This document shows, piece after piece, positions 22,734 through 35,923 of a stretch of DNA of 64,000 bases; within the stretch, counting starts at the first letter, position 1, and each line of letters begins with the position of its first letter. The stretch is from positions 7,936,001-8,000,000 of the forward strand of contig OZ076419.1 of NCBI GenBank assembly GCA_964187785.1. Reading direction: 5' to 3'. This DNA comes from Amphiscolops sp. MND2022. Its lineage: Eukaryota. A program made the translations under genes and the position numbers. The notes beneath the pieces are model-generated. The model was not told the DNA's origin. It saw only the letters and a program-made list of their open reading frames with translations, and did not search any database.

Positions 22734-25700
22734 TGGAGCAATCAGCAAGATTTTCCCCAAATTTTACGATGACAACGACTATGAGCAATATACAACAACC
22801 ATATCTCGAAGACACCGGACTTGACGGTAAAAAGATATACACACCAAAAAAATGGACGGGGAACGACGACGACACTATATCAAATGGATCTACGACATTG
22901 ATATAAAACCGGCATTATCCGGGGAAACAATACCAACCAGCAACAGATGGACTGAACAAGAACCAGAAATAAGACAAGATCTCATCTGGGGAGCCGGTAC
23001 GTCAGCAATCGAGAACAAAACCAAAGGAGAATTTCACACGGACCCAGACACGATAAACACGGAAAGACTACTACAACCATTCAAGACCTATTACATGCCT
23101 AAGCGAAATACGTACCACAGCCGTTGAGATTTGTTTCGGGCAAAATAAGAAGGAATCCGAAACCTCGGAAGAACACTGGAGAAAACGTATCCCTGGAGAA
23201 AAACTGCGAATTCAAACAAGAAGATCTACTTAGCTCAAAATTCATCTCAAGTATCACCGATAAAAAAAACTACGTGAAAAACTCATACGCAAAAAAAACA
23301 TTGAACCTCAAAACAACGATGCACTCAGTAACCCAAGAGGGCTACGAGAAGAGACATAAACAATCAAGAATACCCACAGTACTGGTAAAAGAAAACTAAA
23401 CTAAACAAGAACCAATACAAAAAAGCCACTGAACAAACAATACCTAAACCGAAAAACCACCACAGAAGAAAAACGACTGCGGATTCTGCGGACAACAAAA
23501 CTCGACACCACTACACAAATGCCCGCAAAAACAGCGGAATGTAATAAGTGCTACAAGATGGGACATTTTGCAAGAGTATGCCGCAGCAATACCGAGAACG
23601 CAAGAAAAAGAATAAACCACATCGAGGAAACATACAACGATGAAGAACAAAGCGAACCCGAAAAAATTCAACAAATAACACGAATTAACCGAATACTGCC
23701 GGATAAGAACGACCACTACGAAATCAAGATGGAAATCAACGGGAAATACCAAATTTTGACAAGTGACACCGGATCCCCGGTCACGATCATGCCGAATAAC
23801 CCGGAACTATTCAACCAAAAAGACATCCAACCACTAAAAGAAAGATACCAAGATGTGAGCAAAAACGAAATCAAAGTCCTGGGGAAACTATGGGCAGATA
23901 TCGAATACAATGGTGAAAAAAAAAACAAAAATACTATTGCTTATCACACAAAGAAACGTCATCCTACCACTACTAGGTGTAAATTGGCTAAAAGAACTGC
24001 AAATCACCATCAACAAAGTCCTATTGGATGAACCCGCCAACCAATCGAATGCTATCCACACAAAATTCCTTAATCTATTTGAAACGAATCATACAATCAA
24101 AAACACGAAGGTGAAAATCCAAATGAAACCAGGATGCTACCCGATCCAACAAAAAGCAAGAACGATACCAAACCACCTACAACAAGACGTAAAGAACGAA
24201 CTTGACCGATTAATAAAATCCGAACACCTTGAAAGACTAGAAACAATCGAAGAAGACTGTTTTGTGCCACCCGTAGTAGTTACGGTAAAAACGGTAAAAC
24301 GGTAAAAATCGCAATGGACGCCCGTAGACTAATCAGAAATTGTGTGAAAAAAAGACCACACATGCCAAACATGAAGTAACTATTAAATCAAATATCCGCG
24401 GAGCTATCGAGAAACGACCGCGATCCAATCTGGATATTCGTCATAGACCTCGACTACGCCTACGAACAAACAACGCTAGCACCGGAAACCAGAAAACACT
24501 GGAACTTTACAGTTACAGGCGACAATATGGAAGGATACTTCCGATTCCTAAAGGGATTCTACCGTCCTGCCGACATACCAAACACTTTCCGAGAAAAAAA
24601 GACAGAACCTTCGGACACCAAACGCCCGAATGGCTCCATGACATTATCGTCGTCACACGTGGAATGAAGGAAAAACACACCAAAAAACTATATTCAGCAC
24701 TCAACAAACTAGAAAACGAAGGATACGAAGGAAGCAAAAAGAAATCAAACTTCTACCAGAAAGAAACAATATGGCTCGGACATACAATCTCACAAGACGG
24801 AATCAGACCTAACAAAGAAAAAAGACGCAATAAACAAAAACTAGGACACCCAACCAACATCAAAACACTAATATTCTCTTGTGGGTAATTCAATACTTGG
24901 CAAAATTTATACCAAACCTTTCCGAAAAAAAAACGGACAACATGAGACAATTACTCAAGAAGGGGACAAAATAGGACTGGACAGAAGAACGTAACTCAAA
25001 TTTTAAGAAAATAAAACAAGCATTAACATCCCTACCGTGCCTCGCCCGCTAAAACGGAAACAATGAAAATTTCGTCACAACTGATGCCTCCAATACCGGC
25101 CGTGGAGTAGCTCCACGGCAAAAACAATGAAACGTGGAATTGAAACCCATTGCATTACCTATGCGGGAAACAGGTCCAATTGTACTCGGACCATTAAGCA
25201 CTTGAACCACTACTAAAAAAAACAATGGCAACAAAAAATACAGCGCACGGCTAGACAAGATGGCATTTTCGACATTAGCCTAAAACATACCGCTGGCACA
25301 GAAATCGACTTTACAGAGTATTTCTGTCGCAATCCCGTCTAAAAACCGGAACCGGAAGCAAATTACGAAAAAGAGTTTGTAATCAACGCCATCGCACAAC
25401 TAGCAACGGTAAACGCCCGTATAGAACGGGTTTTCAACCACTCAGAAGCCGAGAACACCATCAATGAAACGAACATGCATGATACACGCACGCTAATTGA
25501 TACGCGACGCTGCCATACAAACAAAAGCCATATCAATTCCAATTGCTACACATTAGAGCAGTTTATTGACAATACCACCGTGAACTGTTTAACAATGAAT
25601 AACAACGACAACCAGAATGAGAGATTCTTCCGAACAGACGGACAACTGGGTTACCATCGAGGCGCAGATGATCAAATCATGACAATTATCAACAGACGAG

Positions 25701-27840
25701 AAAACTCCCCTGAAACTGCAGAGCTAGTAAACAGATGGATTGAACTAGAAAAGCCAGGAGTATTGCAACCACAGTGGAACATACACCTTGGCAGAGACAT
25801 TTAACTTCCATGACGAGAGAAGAGAGATAAAAAGAATAGCTCTGCAACTGAAAAGAAAAGAAGAAGAAGCACGCATCGGTGGAGACTACTTCCGGAATTT
25901 CGGCGACGAGATACCACCAAGGCCACAAAGCCAAGATCAAACGGACGGAAGAACTGAAACAGCGAGACACCGAATCCACAACATCATCAAACCAGGACGA
26001 TGCCGTGGCAACACCTGAGCCAGCAGTATACCCCGTCCAAAGTTACCGCTATGGCCCCATCGAGGACATAACCGTCGACCACCCTGAATAAACCGAGTGG
26101 TAGAGCAAAAAGCCACCAGGAACAAGCAGCAGAAAGACAACGTCAGGGCAGCCAAGTTGGACTTCAACCTCGATTTAAAGACATTGATTAAAGAGACAGC
26201 CGCCGACCCCGACCTGATAGAATTAAACTGCTGCATTTGAGACAACAACTTCTACCAATTCCCCAACGATTACAAATCTGTGGCCAGAAAGCTTACCGAC
26301 CGCTGGGGCATAACACTGGTGGACAATAGAATAATTCTGCCGAAGACACTACGCTACGCAGCACTCAACGCCTTACACTTCGGACAACCCGGGATCAACA
26401 AAATGAGTAACGACGCAGCAATATTCTGGTGGCCGAGCATGCGGGAAGACATCGAAAAGAAAGCAAAAACTTGATCAGCCTGCGTTAATGTCGGTAATAA
26501 CCTAAAATTCCAACTACCTTTCATCAAAAAAAAACAAAAATGGAACCCCAAAACTGCGGTGAAGAAATCCAAATCGATTTCATCGGAATTCGGAACAACG
26601 AAAAGTTTGCAGTCCAATCCGTATGTTCTAATTGCAGTAGACAAAAAGAACCGGTGACCGGTAGCCAAGATTTGCAAGAATACCAACCATGAAACCGCAA
26701 AAGCATTTCTAAATGAGTTGATAAATGTTTACGGAGTGCCAAAACGAATAAAATTAGATAGAGGCTGTGATTTTATCCCAAAAGAACACAAAGAATACAG
26801 CAAATCACAAAATATTAATTGTGAATACGGTACCGTGAACATGCATACTGGTACCAGATTGGTCGGACGAACGATCCAATCAATGAAGAATCTAATACTG
26901 ACGAATTTAGAAGACGACACCAGCTTACGCGAAAGCGTAAACAGAGCACTCCATGTACTAAAATTCACGACACACTCCGAAACCAAGAAAACACCGTTTG
27001 AAATTCATTTCGGGAGAAAACTCAGAACTAAATTATCTAACCTAAAAAATTCAGTTGTAGTAGACTTAAAAGTCCTCTGAGTCTATATCACCCAAAATTC
27101 TGCGGGTGAAATAACTGACCATCTGGTCATGTCGAAGAAGAAGACGGTCAAACCGATGCTCAGACGTGGAATGACCTTCTCACAGACCAAAACGCCGACG
27201 AGTTCGGTTACTATGGAATAATTCAAATATCCTTTTAAATTCAATGAAAAGAGATACAATAAAGGATCGCTAGATAGCAAACTCAAAAAGAAAACACAAA
27301 ACGATATATCGGGTACAGAACATACCGTGACCACAAGTAAAAATAAAATAGTACATAGAAAACTAATCTCCAACCCGTTACCCTCTCAGCAAATAATTGC
27401 CGCACCAACAAAGCGAAAAAACACCCGCCAAAACAATGCCGACCATCCATCCTGCTCACAAACCCTCGACACGGAAACTTGTGGCGCCAACTCGTGTATA
27501 TACGTCAGTAAAGGGACGCCCCGACCCATACATCACGAAAAAAGCCAGGACTGGCTTAAAAGAAAAGACCAGCCAAGAAACAACAAAGGGTTATTCAGGG
27601 AAGTGGATGGATATAAACCTGAGCATTGTATCGGACGAGGAATTCGACCGCTACAACAAATCCGAAGGCAAACCGCTCCACACCAACATTGACTATGAAA
27701 TACACCTGCTCCCAAAAGAAAATAAACTAACTGAAGAAGAGGATCACCGCTCAATACGGCAAGAAGATGAAGAAATTCGTGAAATACGGTCTTACAGAAA
27801 CTCTCAGCAAAACTGTTCAAAACTAACCTGGAAAGGGGAA

Positions 27841-28057
27841 AGTGACATACACAGACCTTCAACCGTACCAATTCGGTTTGCAGACAGAGAAATACTTGGT
27901 GCTATTGACCAACAACTCTAATTTCTGTCTATTTATGTTACTTATTTTTACTAACATTTAGTAGGATTTGATATATACGTTGAGATTGGGATAGAAAATA
28001 ATAGTTGATTCTTAAAGACAATAACGTTTTAGAACCAAGTATTTAGAGATTACAACA
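27841..28057 (+). repeat. Gypsy 3' LTR
   Basis: AGTGACATAC...AACA, follows the PPT, and is visibly diverged from the 5' LTR. Confidence 0.9.
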
Positions 28058-28579
28058 CAACCGATACTGACAAGACTCTGAAGCTAGTAGCTTCACTAGC
28101 TCCCGTTTTTCCAGAAATGCTTTAACTGCAAAAGGGTTACAATTTGAGTGTATATAATGTAAATCATAGAGAAATTTTCAAAAAAAAAATATAAACGTGT
28201 CTGAGGAACTGTTTGGACAATTCACGCGAAAATTGACTGAAATGTTTCATTTTTTTTGTTTGAAATAGGCAAACTTCAAGCGTGAAACGAATCAATGCTT
28301 GTCGGAAAAGACTCCGATTTCCAAGCGAAAAACTTAACCATCAAATTATCTTATAAGATTATATTCATGTGCAAAAAATGTCCATATAAAAGGGTTTGAT
28401 CCTTATCACTCATCCCCTTGTCCCTACGGCCATTTGAAGGGGAATAAAAAAAATTGTGTTTCAAATTTTTTCGCAGTAGTTCCTAATCTGTCAGTTTTTG
28501 ATTTTTGCGGGTCTTTTAGAGGTATCGGATTCATCGCACATATGTTCCACTTTAGTTTCTGTGACGCAAGTATGTTTTC

Positions 28580-28830
28580 CGTACATTCCAGACATTTTCT
28601 TGCAGAATTTCTTGCAATTTTAGACATTGTCTTGCAAGATACGTCCACCAAGAATCTTGCAAGAAATGTCTGGATCAGCAAGAACCTTGCAAGAAATGTC
28701 TGTCTCATCTGCCAGAATCTGACAGGTTTTGTCTGAAATGTGAGATACTTACAAAACTCTTGCAGATAATGTCTGATATGATCGACTTCTGCAAGATTCT
28801 TGCAAGAAATGGATAGAGCACATTTGCCAA
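28580..28830. repeat. Foldback/MITE-like patch built from TCTTGCAAGA palindromes
   Basis: Palindrome at 28630, 28655 and 28798, plus a variant at 28685. Further TCTTGCA and TGCAAGA half-sites are arranged as inverted arms. Confidence 0.55.
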
Positions 28831-29449
28831 GCACCTCCGAATTTTGATTATCTTTTTATATGAGTTTAAGTTTTTGATTTTCAACACTTACTTTCTATCA
28901 GCCACTTGAAGTCTTGCAGTAAGACAAGGAATCAATTTTTGCAATGCTGACAACAATTTTCATGGATGCAAGCGCCTCTAGATTGATTCGGGAGAAACTC
29001 ATCAAATTATTCGAGCCGGCAGCTTGTTGATAGGAAAAGCCAACAGAAAACGCTTCAAGTAGATTCGATTACCTGTAAAAAATTACCTTTCTGATTTCTA
29101 TGATTTATCACGCAGAAGTATTTCTGCTTTCCAATTTTTTCTACTGAAACTAAATGCATACATTTCACGCGTTTCCGGTACGTTTCCTTGATTTTATTCA
29201 ACAGGATGGAAAGATTATTATAGTAAAAATTTTGACAGAATCAATGGAAGCTCAGCTTATATTTTGGCTCAAAACGTGATTAACTGCACATACGAAACAA
29301 CATAATTGGAAAATAATGTACCAATCAACCAGTTTTTTTAATGATGCGATATAGTTTCGAAGCTTTGAATGTTTTTTTTAACAGTATTTCAGAACAAAAA
29401 ATAATAGCAGCAAAAAAATAATAGCGTAAAATTAGTCATTTATTAGCTA

Positions 29450-30220
29450 CTACCTGATTTCAGAGGGCCATGAATGCCGGTAGAGGTTTTGGACAATCTC
29501 CACTTCCATGAAGTCCCAATTGCTGGCCAGCTTTTTCCAACAAACTGATTGTTTTACAAGTCTTTTCTTGACAAGAGTCGATTAGTTTTCTATGATGTTC
29601 AAATCCGGACTGTAACGCGGCCAATCGTGAATGTCCCTTTATTTTTTACGGAAAAAAACTTCTGATGGACTCAAAAATGTGTATTATCATGTTGGAAAAC
29701 GAACCCCGGAAAATGTAACTCTCCAAAATTTCACGATAACTGGAACAGTTCAAGGTATTATGGAATCTAACCGGCATTTCTCATGCACCTGAAAAAAATT
29801 GCGCCCCTAAGCACCAGAGGTCGCCGGTTAGTCGACACATTTTTAACGTTTGTTTTGAGAATAACGAGTATTGGTTTGGTGGAAAACTTGTTCCATTCTA
29901 TCACTGCTAAGCTCAACTCGGGTCACAAACGTCAACACTACTTTCTTCCAAAAAGCTGCGGCTTTTAACCAACTTTTTTAACTTTCTTTACAAACTCTTG
30001 TCGAAATTTTTTCAAGTTGGTATTTTGACCAAACTTCATCTAAACAACAAGGTTTCTTCTCAATATTCTCCTGACAGTTGTTCTTGAAATTGATTCTTTA
30101 GTTGGAAATGAAAAACATTCCACAAGGATGCTCGTGAGACATGTTTTGGAATTTTTAAAATGTCTGTCATTATCTTTTTGAGTTTTCCTAAAACATTTCG
30201 ACGGACGCCAAGAGGAGGCA
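29450..30220 (-). pseudogene. Tc1/mariner transposase relic
   Basis: Minus strand reads ISRTTVRRIL (HTH region), FWKKVV, FQHDN and DWPRYSPDLNIIEN (~29630-29590). Frameshifted; TIRs not identified. Confidence 0.8.
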
Positions 30221-31218
30221 TTTTCGATAATTAGCTTTGTTCCGTTGAAAATGTCTGTGTCATAGGCTACCGCCTGCGATGGGACAACCTATCAAGTGTC
30301 CCCAGATGGTGATTGTCCTAACCCAGCCCTTGGCGTGCTATGGTTACAAGAGGAACTCAAACCTCTTATGTCAATCATAATCATCCTGTACGTTTGGACT
30401 TATATTGAAGCAAAGCGAAGTTTGTCTAATCGAAATATGACCGCATTCAACTGATAGTGCATCTTTCCACTTATTCATTTTTTTAATATTGCTTTACGGT
30501 TGTATGTTAGTATAGTTGTGAACTAGTATGAGTATATTTGAATGATGAATTGTTGATGAATGTAAACTGTAGTGTGCAAATATTTGACTGGTATAAAAAA
30601 AGGGAACGCGTTCAACTGAGCTACAGCTTAGCATCTGTGGACGCGTTGTCCTTAGCAGTCATTAGCAGTATCAAAATGTTAAAGCGCAGTCAATCACACG
30701 CAACGTCCATTGTGAAGTTCTTGGTGCATTAAAGAAAATGAAATGTTGACGCCATGTAAATACTTGTATCAACACGAATTTATCAAAACGTACAGATCTT
30801 TTTCATCACTCTTTCTAGACCAATATGTATTATATCGTAATATTTAGTTCAGGAGGCAATCAATTTATAGCTATGACGACGTAAAATCCATTTCTAACCC
30901 TGTGACACCATGAGAAAGGAGTGTCATATGGTTTCGAGGTTTATAGCTGTGATTTGTTGTTTATCCAATGATTACGATACCACAATCTCTGTAATACACA
31001 CGCTGTGGTTGACTTATTGTAAGAATTCAATGATAAATTCGATATTGGAACGTTCATCAAAGTTTTATGATGGTTTCTACTAGACAACTAAAGGCCAAGG
31101 AAAAGCGTTCGAGGCAGTCAGACGTAACGTCAGACCTTGAAAATTAGAATTTAATGTTAGGAAGCTTGTCTGTGGAAGACTATTATGGACAGGAAGCTGA
31201 TAGCGTAATTGAGGTAGT

Positions 31219-31593
31219 TTGCACAGGATTGCTAGTCAAATTCAAGATTTTATGTCTCTATCAAACACCAATAGCAGTCAAAATAGTGGAATTACATCTG
31301 AAACTAGAAGAGCAATCAAATCTGAAATCACTTCTCTTGTGAGTAGGAATCTAGAAGGAACACGATCAGACCTGAATTCACATATCCTTGATGCGATCAA
31401 CCCAGCAGTTGCAGAAAAGATGTTGCCAAGTGTTCAAAAAGCAAGGAGAACACAAAATAGTGATTCTTATATGAAAGTGGACACACGTTCAGATGAACCG
31501 CAGCAGCGCCAGAACACTGAAACTAGCCATAAAATACGTGAAGATTTCCCTAAAATAGGTTTAGGAAAACGTACCCAGAATAATCATAGATAG
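31219..31593 (+). pseudogene. Coiled-coil ORF fragment, possibly retroelement gag-like (partly repeated at 37010-37334)
   Basis: Open helical, amphipathic peptide (ETRRAIKSEITSLVSRNLEGTRSDLNSHILDAIN). The family call is an inference. Confidence 0.3.
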
Positions 31594-32404
31594 ACGAGAG
31601 AGTCCAATTGACTCTCAAAAGTGAAAAAGGTTATGAAAGTCTGTAAATCGATTGTACAGTAGGTTTGGTTTTTAAACCTACTTCACCGGCAACGTTTTGA
31701 TACGCGAACCCTGTTATTGTTCGACCAACTAAAAAAATTAAAGCTGCTGGGCTTTCGGATCTCCTGATTAACGTAAAACGTAAAACAAGTGAAATGATTT
31801 CATGTTCGCAAGAAATTGTTGCGAATACAACGTTACAGTTATCAGAGCCCCTCTTCAACTTTTTAGACTGTATGTCATGAACGCATCGGTATTTCCAACG
31901 CATGACTTTTAACCGGCTTGTCACCCTTTATAGTACTTTGTCTTCTTTTCCCAAGTCTCCTCTTCCCAAGAAAAACGCAATTTACTTCGAATATGACGTC
32001 AAACATTCGGATTTAGCAAGTGTCGAAGGAGGATTTAGGACAGCACAGAAACTTCATGAAATCTGTGGATTCACTGGTCTTTAAAATGGCACTGCTAAAT
32101 TCGGTTTCTTTGTTCGGAAAGCGCCGACTGAAAAACAATTTGGTGACTAGTTGACTGTCAGCTTGGAAAGTAGTAAATTTCTTACTTGCCGTTCATATTT
32201 TGAAACATGGGAAAAATAAGCTACTAACACGGCAAGCTTTTTCCTGAAATTTGCCATTTTGCAACGTTATACTCAAACGTTGGATGTTCTCCCAAAGAAT
32301 TCACCTTACCTAAAATTAGGTATATATTTCTAAACAAAACTCAGAATTTCCTCATTTTATGATAAAATACAAAAGATTTCACATATACGAGGGCAGTGAA
32401 AAAA

Positions 32405-33790
32405 TGTAAGTTTAAAGTAATAATAACTATTGTAATCTGCTTGAAGAGCTGAGATGAAAACGATATTTGAAATAACAATGTTTTCTGTAGCTCTAATTGT
32501 ACAATAATGATAGTGAGCTACTTCTACAGAATTTGTTAGTCAACAAGATCTATAAATGGCAACGGATTGTTTATCAACGGTTTTCATACTGATGTTTGTT
32601 GCTCTTCATATCCCCCTCTGCGATTGGATGAGAAGTATCCAATGGGGTTCCGTTGCCGTCCAGATTGCTGTTGTGGTGGGTATGCCGTCCACGTCCTGTT
32701 GGTGATGTATCTGGACTTCCGTGATCAGCATGACGAGCTTCCGTGGAGTAGTTCGTCCAGTAGTGTGAGCAGTTTATTGATTTTCTTCACTGTCCCGCTC
32801 CAGCAGTTCTTCCGTTGTCTCCAGTAAAGGTGGCAAGTTGAGGCGTTTGGCGGTGTTTCCTGTAATCAGCTTGGTTAGTTGGATTATTTAATCAAACAAT
32901 TGGGTTGATATGCGTTAGGCGTTTTGTTCGGCGTAGGTTAGTTTCTTCTATGTTTTCAATTTCGTTTTCAATGTCGGTGCTAGAGCTAAGGTTGCTGACT
33001 ACTTCTGAATCTGACTCATTTCCCTGTTCAAAAGTATTATAGAATACCTTACTATTGATGTCTCTAATGAGATCTTGTCCTGATTGTTGTGTGTCGCTCA
33101 TTATTTGCTCGATGTCGGAGTCCGACATTTGATCTGTATCGATTGTTAGTGGACCCAGTTGTTTATTTTCACCATTTCCGGGCCTCTTTTCTGGTGAAGT
33201 TGATTGCTCCTGGCTTCTGATTAGTTTGGGCCTTCCTCTGACTAATGTTCCCGCTTTCTTGGTGCCCGCCAATTCTGGGCTGGTGTCCGTTTGATCGTCT
33301 TGTAATGGGGATCGATCGGGAGTGGCCGGGGGTCTTGTCTTCTTTGCGGGCAAATCTTCCGTCTGGTCCTTTTGGTCCGGTACCTCTGTTGGAGGGTTCC
33401 TGTTCATATTGGTCTGTTTGACTGATTAGATTACGGTGGATTGTTCTATTATCAGATGTAGTCACAGTGTGGTTTGTTGCCCTTACGGCTGTTTGTAGCT
33501 GGTCTGAATATGGACTTTCACATTTTGTTTTTGTGTTTTTTCGTTCGAAGAATTGAAACGGATATTAACAACCGTCTTTGTCGATTTTCTTTTTTGATTT
33601 ATTGGCAGATGGTTGGTGCTACCGCCTTCTCCACTGAATGTGTAAACTTGTAATGTTTCTGGTTTTGCTAAAAAGGAATGGTTATTTGTTAGTTTTTTGA
33701 TTTCGTTTAGTTTTAGCATGTTGCTTAATTCCGTATTCGGTTCTCTTCCGAAATGAGTTCAAATGCCGATTTCTTTAGTCTAGTGTGTAA
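32405..33790 (-). mobile_element. 3' fragment of a second Gypsy family (integrase tail, extension ORF, PPT, ~205-bp LTR)
   Basis: AFEL(H)FGREPNTELSN and MTTSDNRTIHRNLIS parallel TPFEIHFGRKLRTKLSN and MTTSKNKIVHRKLIS in the 22506 element. PPT CAGAGGGGGA at 32620-32611; putative LTR 32610-32405. Confidence 0.7.
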
Positions 33791-35854
33791 TTATTGTAAA
33801 GTAATTATTCAAAGCGATGATGGTTTTTGGAATAATCACAAAAGTTTCAAACAAGACGCCCGCGGACCAGCGGGATAATTTCCGCCCCAAATCATTTGAG
33901 CAACAAAATCGTTTTAAGTCCAAAAATCTTTACAAATACATATCGCATGGAACTAAATTTATGTCTAATGAATTCTGTGAATGTGCTTCTTCATATTACG
34001 TAAACAATAATTCTTGGCAAATTTTGTAAAAAAAAAACCGTTTGATTTAAATATTTTCCTTTCCCATATGAAATATGGGCGGAAAATAACAACTATTTTA
34101 GAGCAATTTTTGAGTTTTTGATGTCGTAACTTAAGTAGTTTGGGCTGAGAATATCCTGCTAATTAGCGGGCGAGTTGATTCGCTTTTTAAAATGAAAATG
34201 ATATTCAATTTTGTTGTTTTCAACAACGTATCTTAAAATACAGCAGCAACTGCTGTTTGGAGCAATGATTGAAATGTTGGGCTGGAATCTAATCCTACAC
34301 TGGTCACAATTTTTTTTCTGTTTTGCCGAGATAGACGAGGATAAATTGTCCCTCATTGGAGAAATATTTTCGGCATTGTGACTTTTTTCTCGTTTTTTTT
34401 TCAATTTATGTCCCTCAACTTTTGCAAGGAAATGAATTGAAAGATGTAGTTTTCACTCTCTAGCCTTAAAAACATGTCGAAGCAATTTTATATTAGGAGC
34501 GGGGGGTCTTGTAATGTTTTCTGATGTCACGCATATTTCGACAAAATTCCGGTATATCCTATAGAGAAAAAAGCCAGGATTAGTCTATAGCCATTGTCGA
34601 ACTTTCGTAGTTTTTCAAATCAAAATATTTGCTTTCAGACAGGACGCAAAAAGCTTCAAAAAATTCGCAACATCCGAATTATTGATGCTTTATCCGAGTC
34701 ACTTTCCAAAAAGATGTGGGGGTCCAATTTAAAGAGATTTCGAATTTCTGCATTTTTTCAAATGTGGTAAATAAAATTTAAACAACTAATGGGATAGTTA
34801 AAATAATGATTTGATTTAACGTAAAAGAGTATGTAATAAACTCGTACTTTGGCATTCTTTTCGTATGATTTCACGTTCTGGAAGAAAGAGGGAAGATTCG
34901 ATTGTCACCAGAGAGACGAGTGACACGAGTTTGAAGCAACCACTAATTTGGTATTTTAAAAGAAACTGCTCAAAAACCGAAACTGTAGCGCAACGGTTGG
35001 CACACCAGGCAGGTTGGCCAGTTTTTTTAAACAAAAATTCAGTGAACTTTGAGTCGCAATTCTTTATGGGTAACAAAATATATCGCCCTGTTTGTGATGT
35101 TCAGAGCATAATTTAAGTTTGTGTTGAAATCCGTTTTCGCTGAGAAAAATCATTTTAGCGAAAAAAATGATTCATTTTTTCTACCCTGAAAATGAAATAT
35201 TTCGGTTTTAGGCAATATTATTATTCTAGTAAAATATTGAACACCCTTGGGGCTAACGTAACCCGTATCATGTCTTTTGAGATACTCATGCAATTAGCAT
35301 TTCACCATGAAGAGGAGAATTATCACTTATCGATTCACAGTTTTCGCAATGTTTATTTTCTGAGGTCTGTTCTAGCCACAAATGGACGATTTGTTGATTT
35401 CAAGCTGAATGAGAAGTTGAATCGCTATAACTTAGTTGTGGTTACTCCATACTAAGAAAGACTTGCATCGCTTCAGAAGGAAAAGTGATCATTTTTTTGA
35501 AACTCGAAAACAAATTTTCATTAAAAATGGGAAGAAAATCAGCTATTATATTTTACAATAAACAGAATTCAATTTAATTTACGGGAGATTATATGACATA
35601 ACTAATGTCAAACAATAGATGATTAACGTCTTTCAAAAGATATCTCTTAGCTATTTTCTGACAATTTTGCACAAAAACTGTCAAATTACAGACAATTAAT
35701 GCTGAAAGCATATTTTCTTCGTCTTAAATGCTTCTTAAATCCCTTTCAAAAATAGAAGCCCATGATTTTTGCATGTATTCAGCATTTATTTGAAACAAGA
35801 AGATAGAATTCGTTTCCAATAACAGCCAAAGCAGCGAAGAGTTGAATCAAAATG

Positions 35855-35923
35855 TGACGTCATTCAATGTAGAGCGACCACGTAGCAAATGCTACTCGAT
35901 TTCTCTGCCAAGCTGACGTGGCA
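35855..35923. promoter_or_regulatory. Cluster of bZIP-type sites (CRE, CCACGT, UPRE-like)
   Basis: TGACGTCA at 35855-35862, CCACGT at 35878-35883, GCTGACGTGGCA at 35912-35923. Function is not shown. Confidence 0.35.

Larger units (their letters stand above)
22506..28057 (+). mobile_element. Full-length decayed Gypsy/Ty3 LTR retrotransposon with CAACC TSD
   Basis: LTRs at 22506-22733 and 27841-28057. CAACC at 22501-22505 and 28058-28062. PBS-like TGGAGC at 22734 and PPT GGAAAGGGGAA before 27841. Order: gag CCHC (CNKCYKMGHFARVC), protease DTGS, RT, RNase H (TDAS), integrase (LHFG..WWP..C; IQIDF). Heavily frameshifted. Confidence 0.92.
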
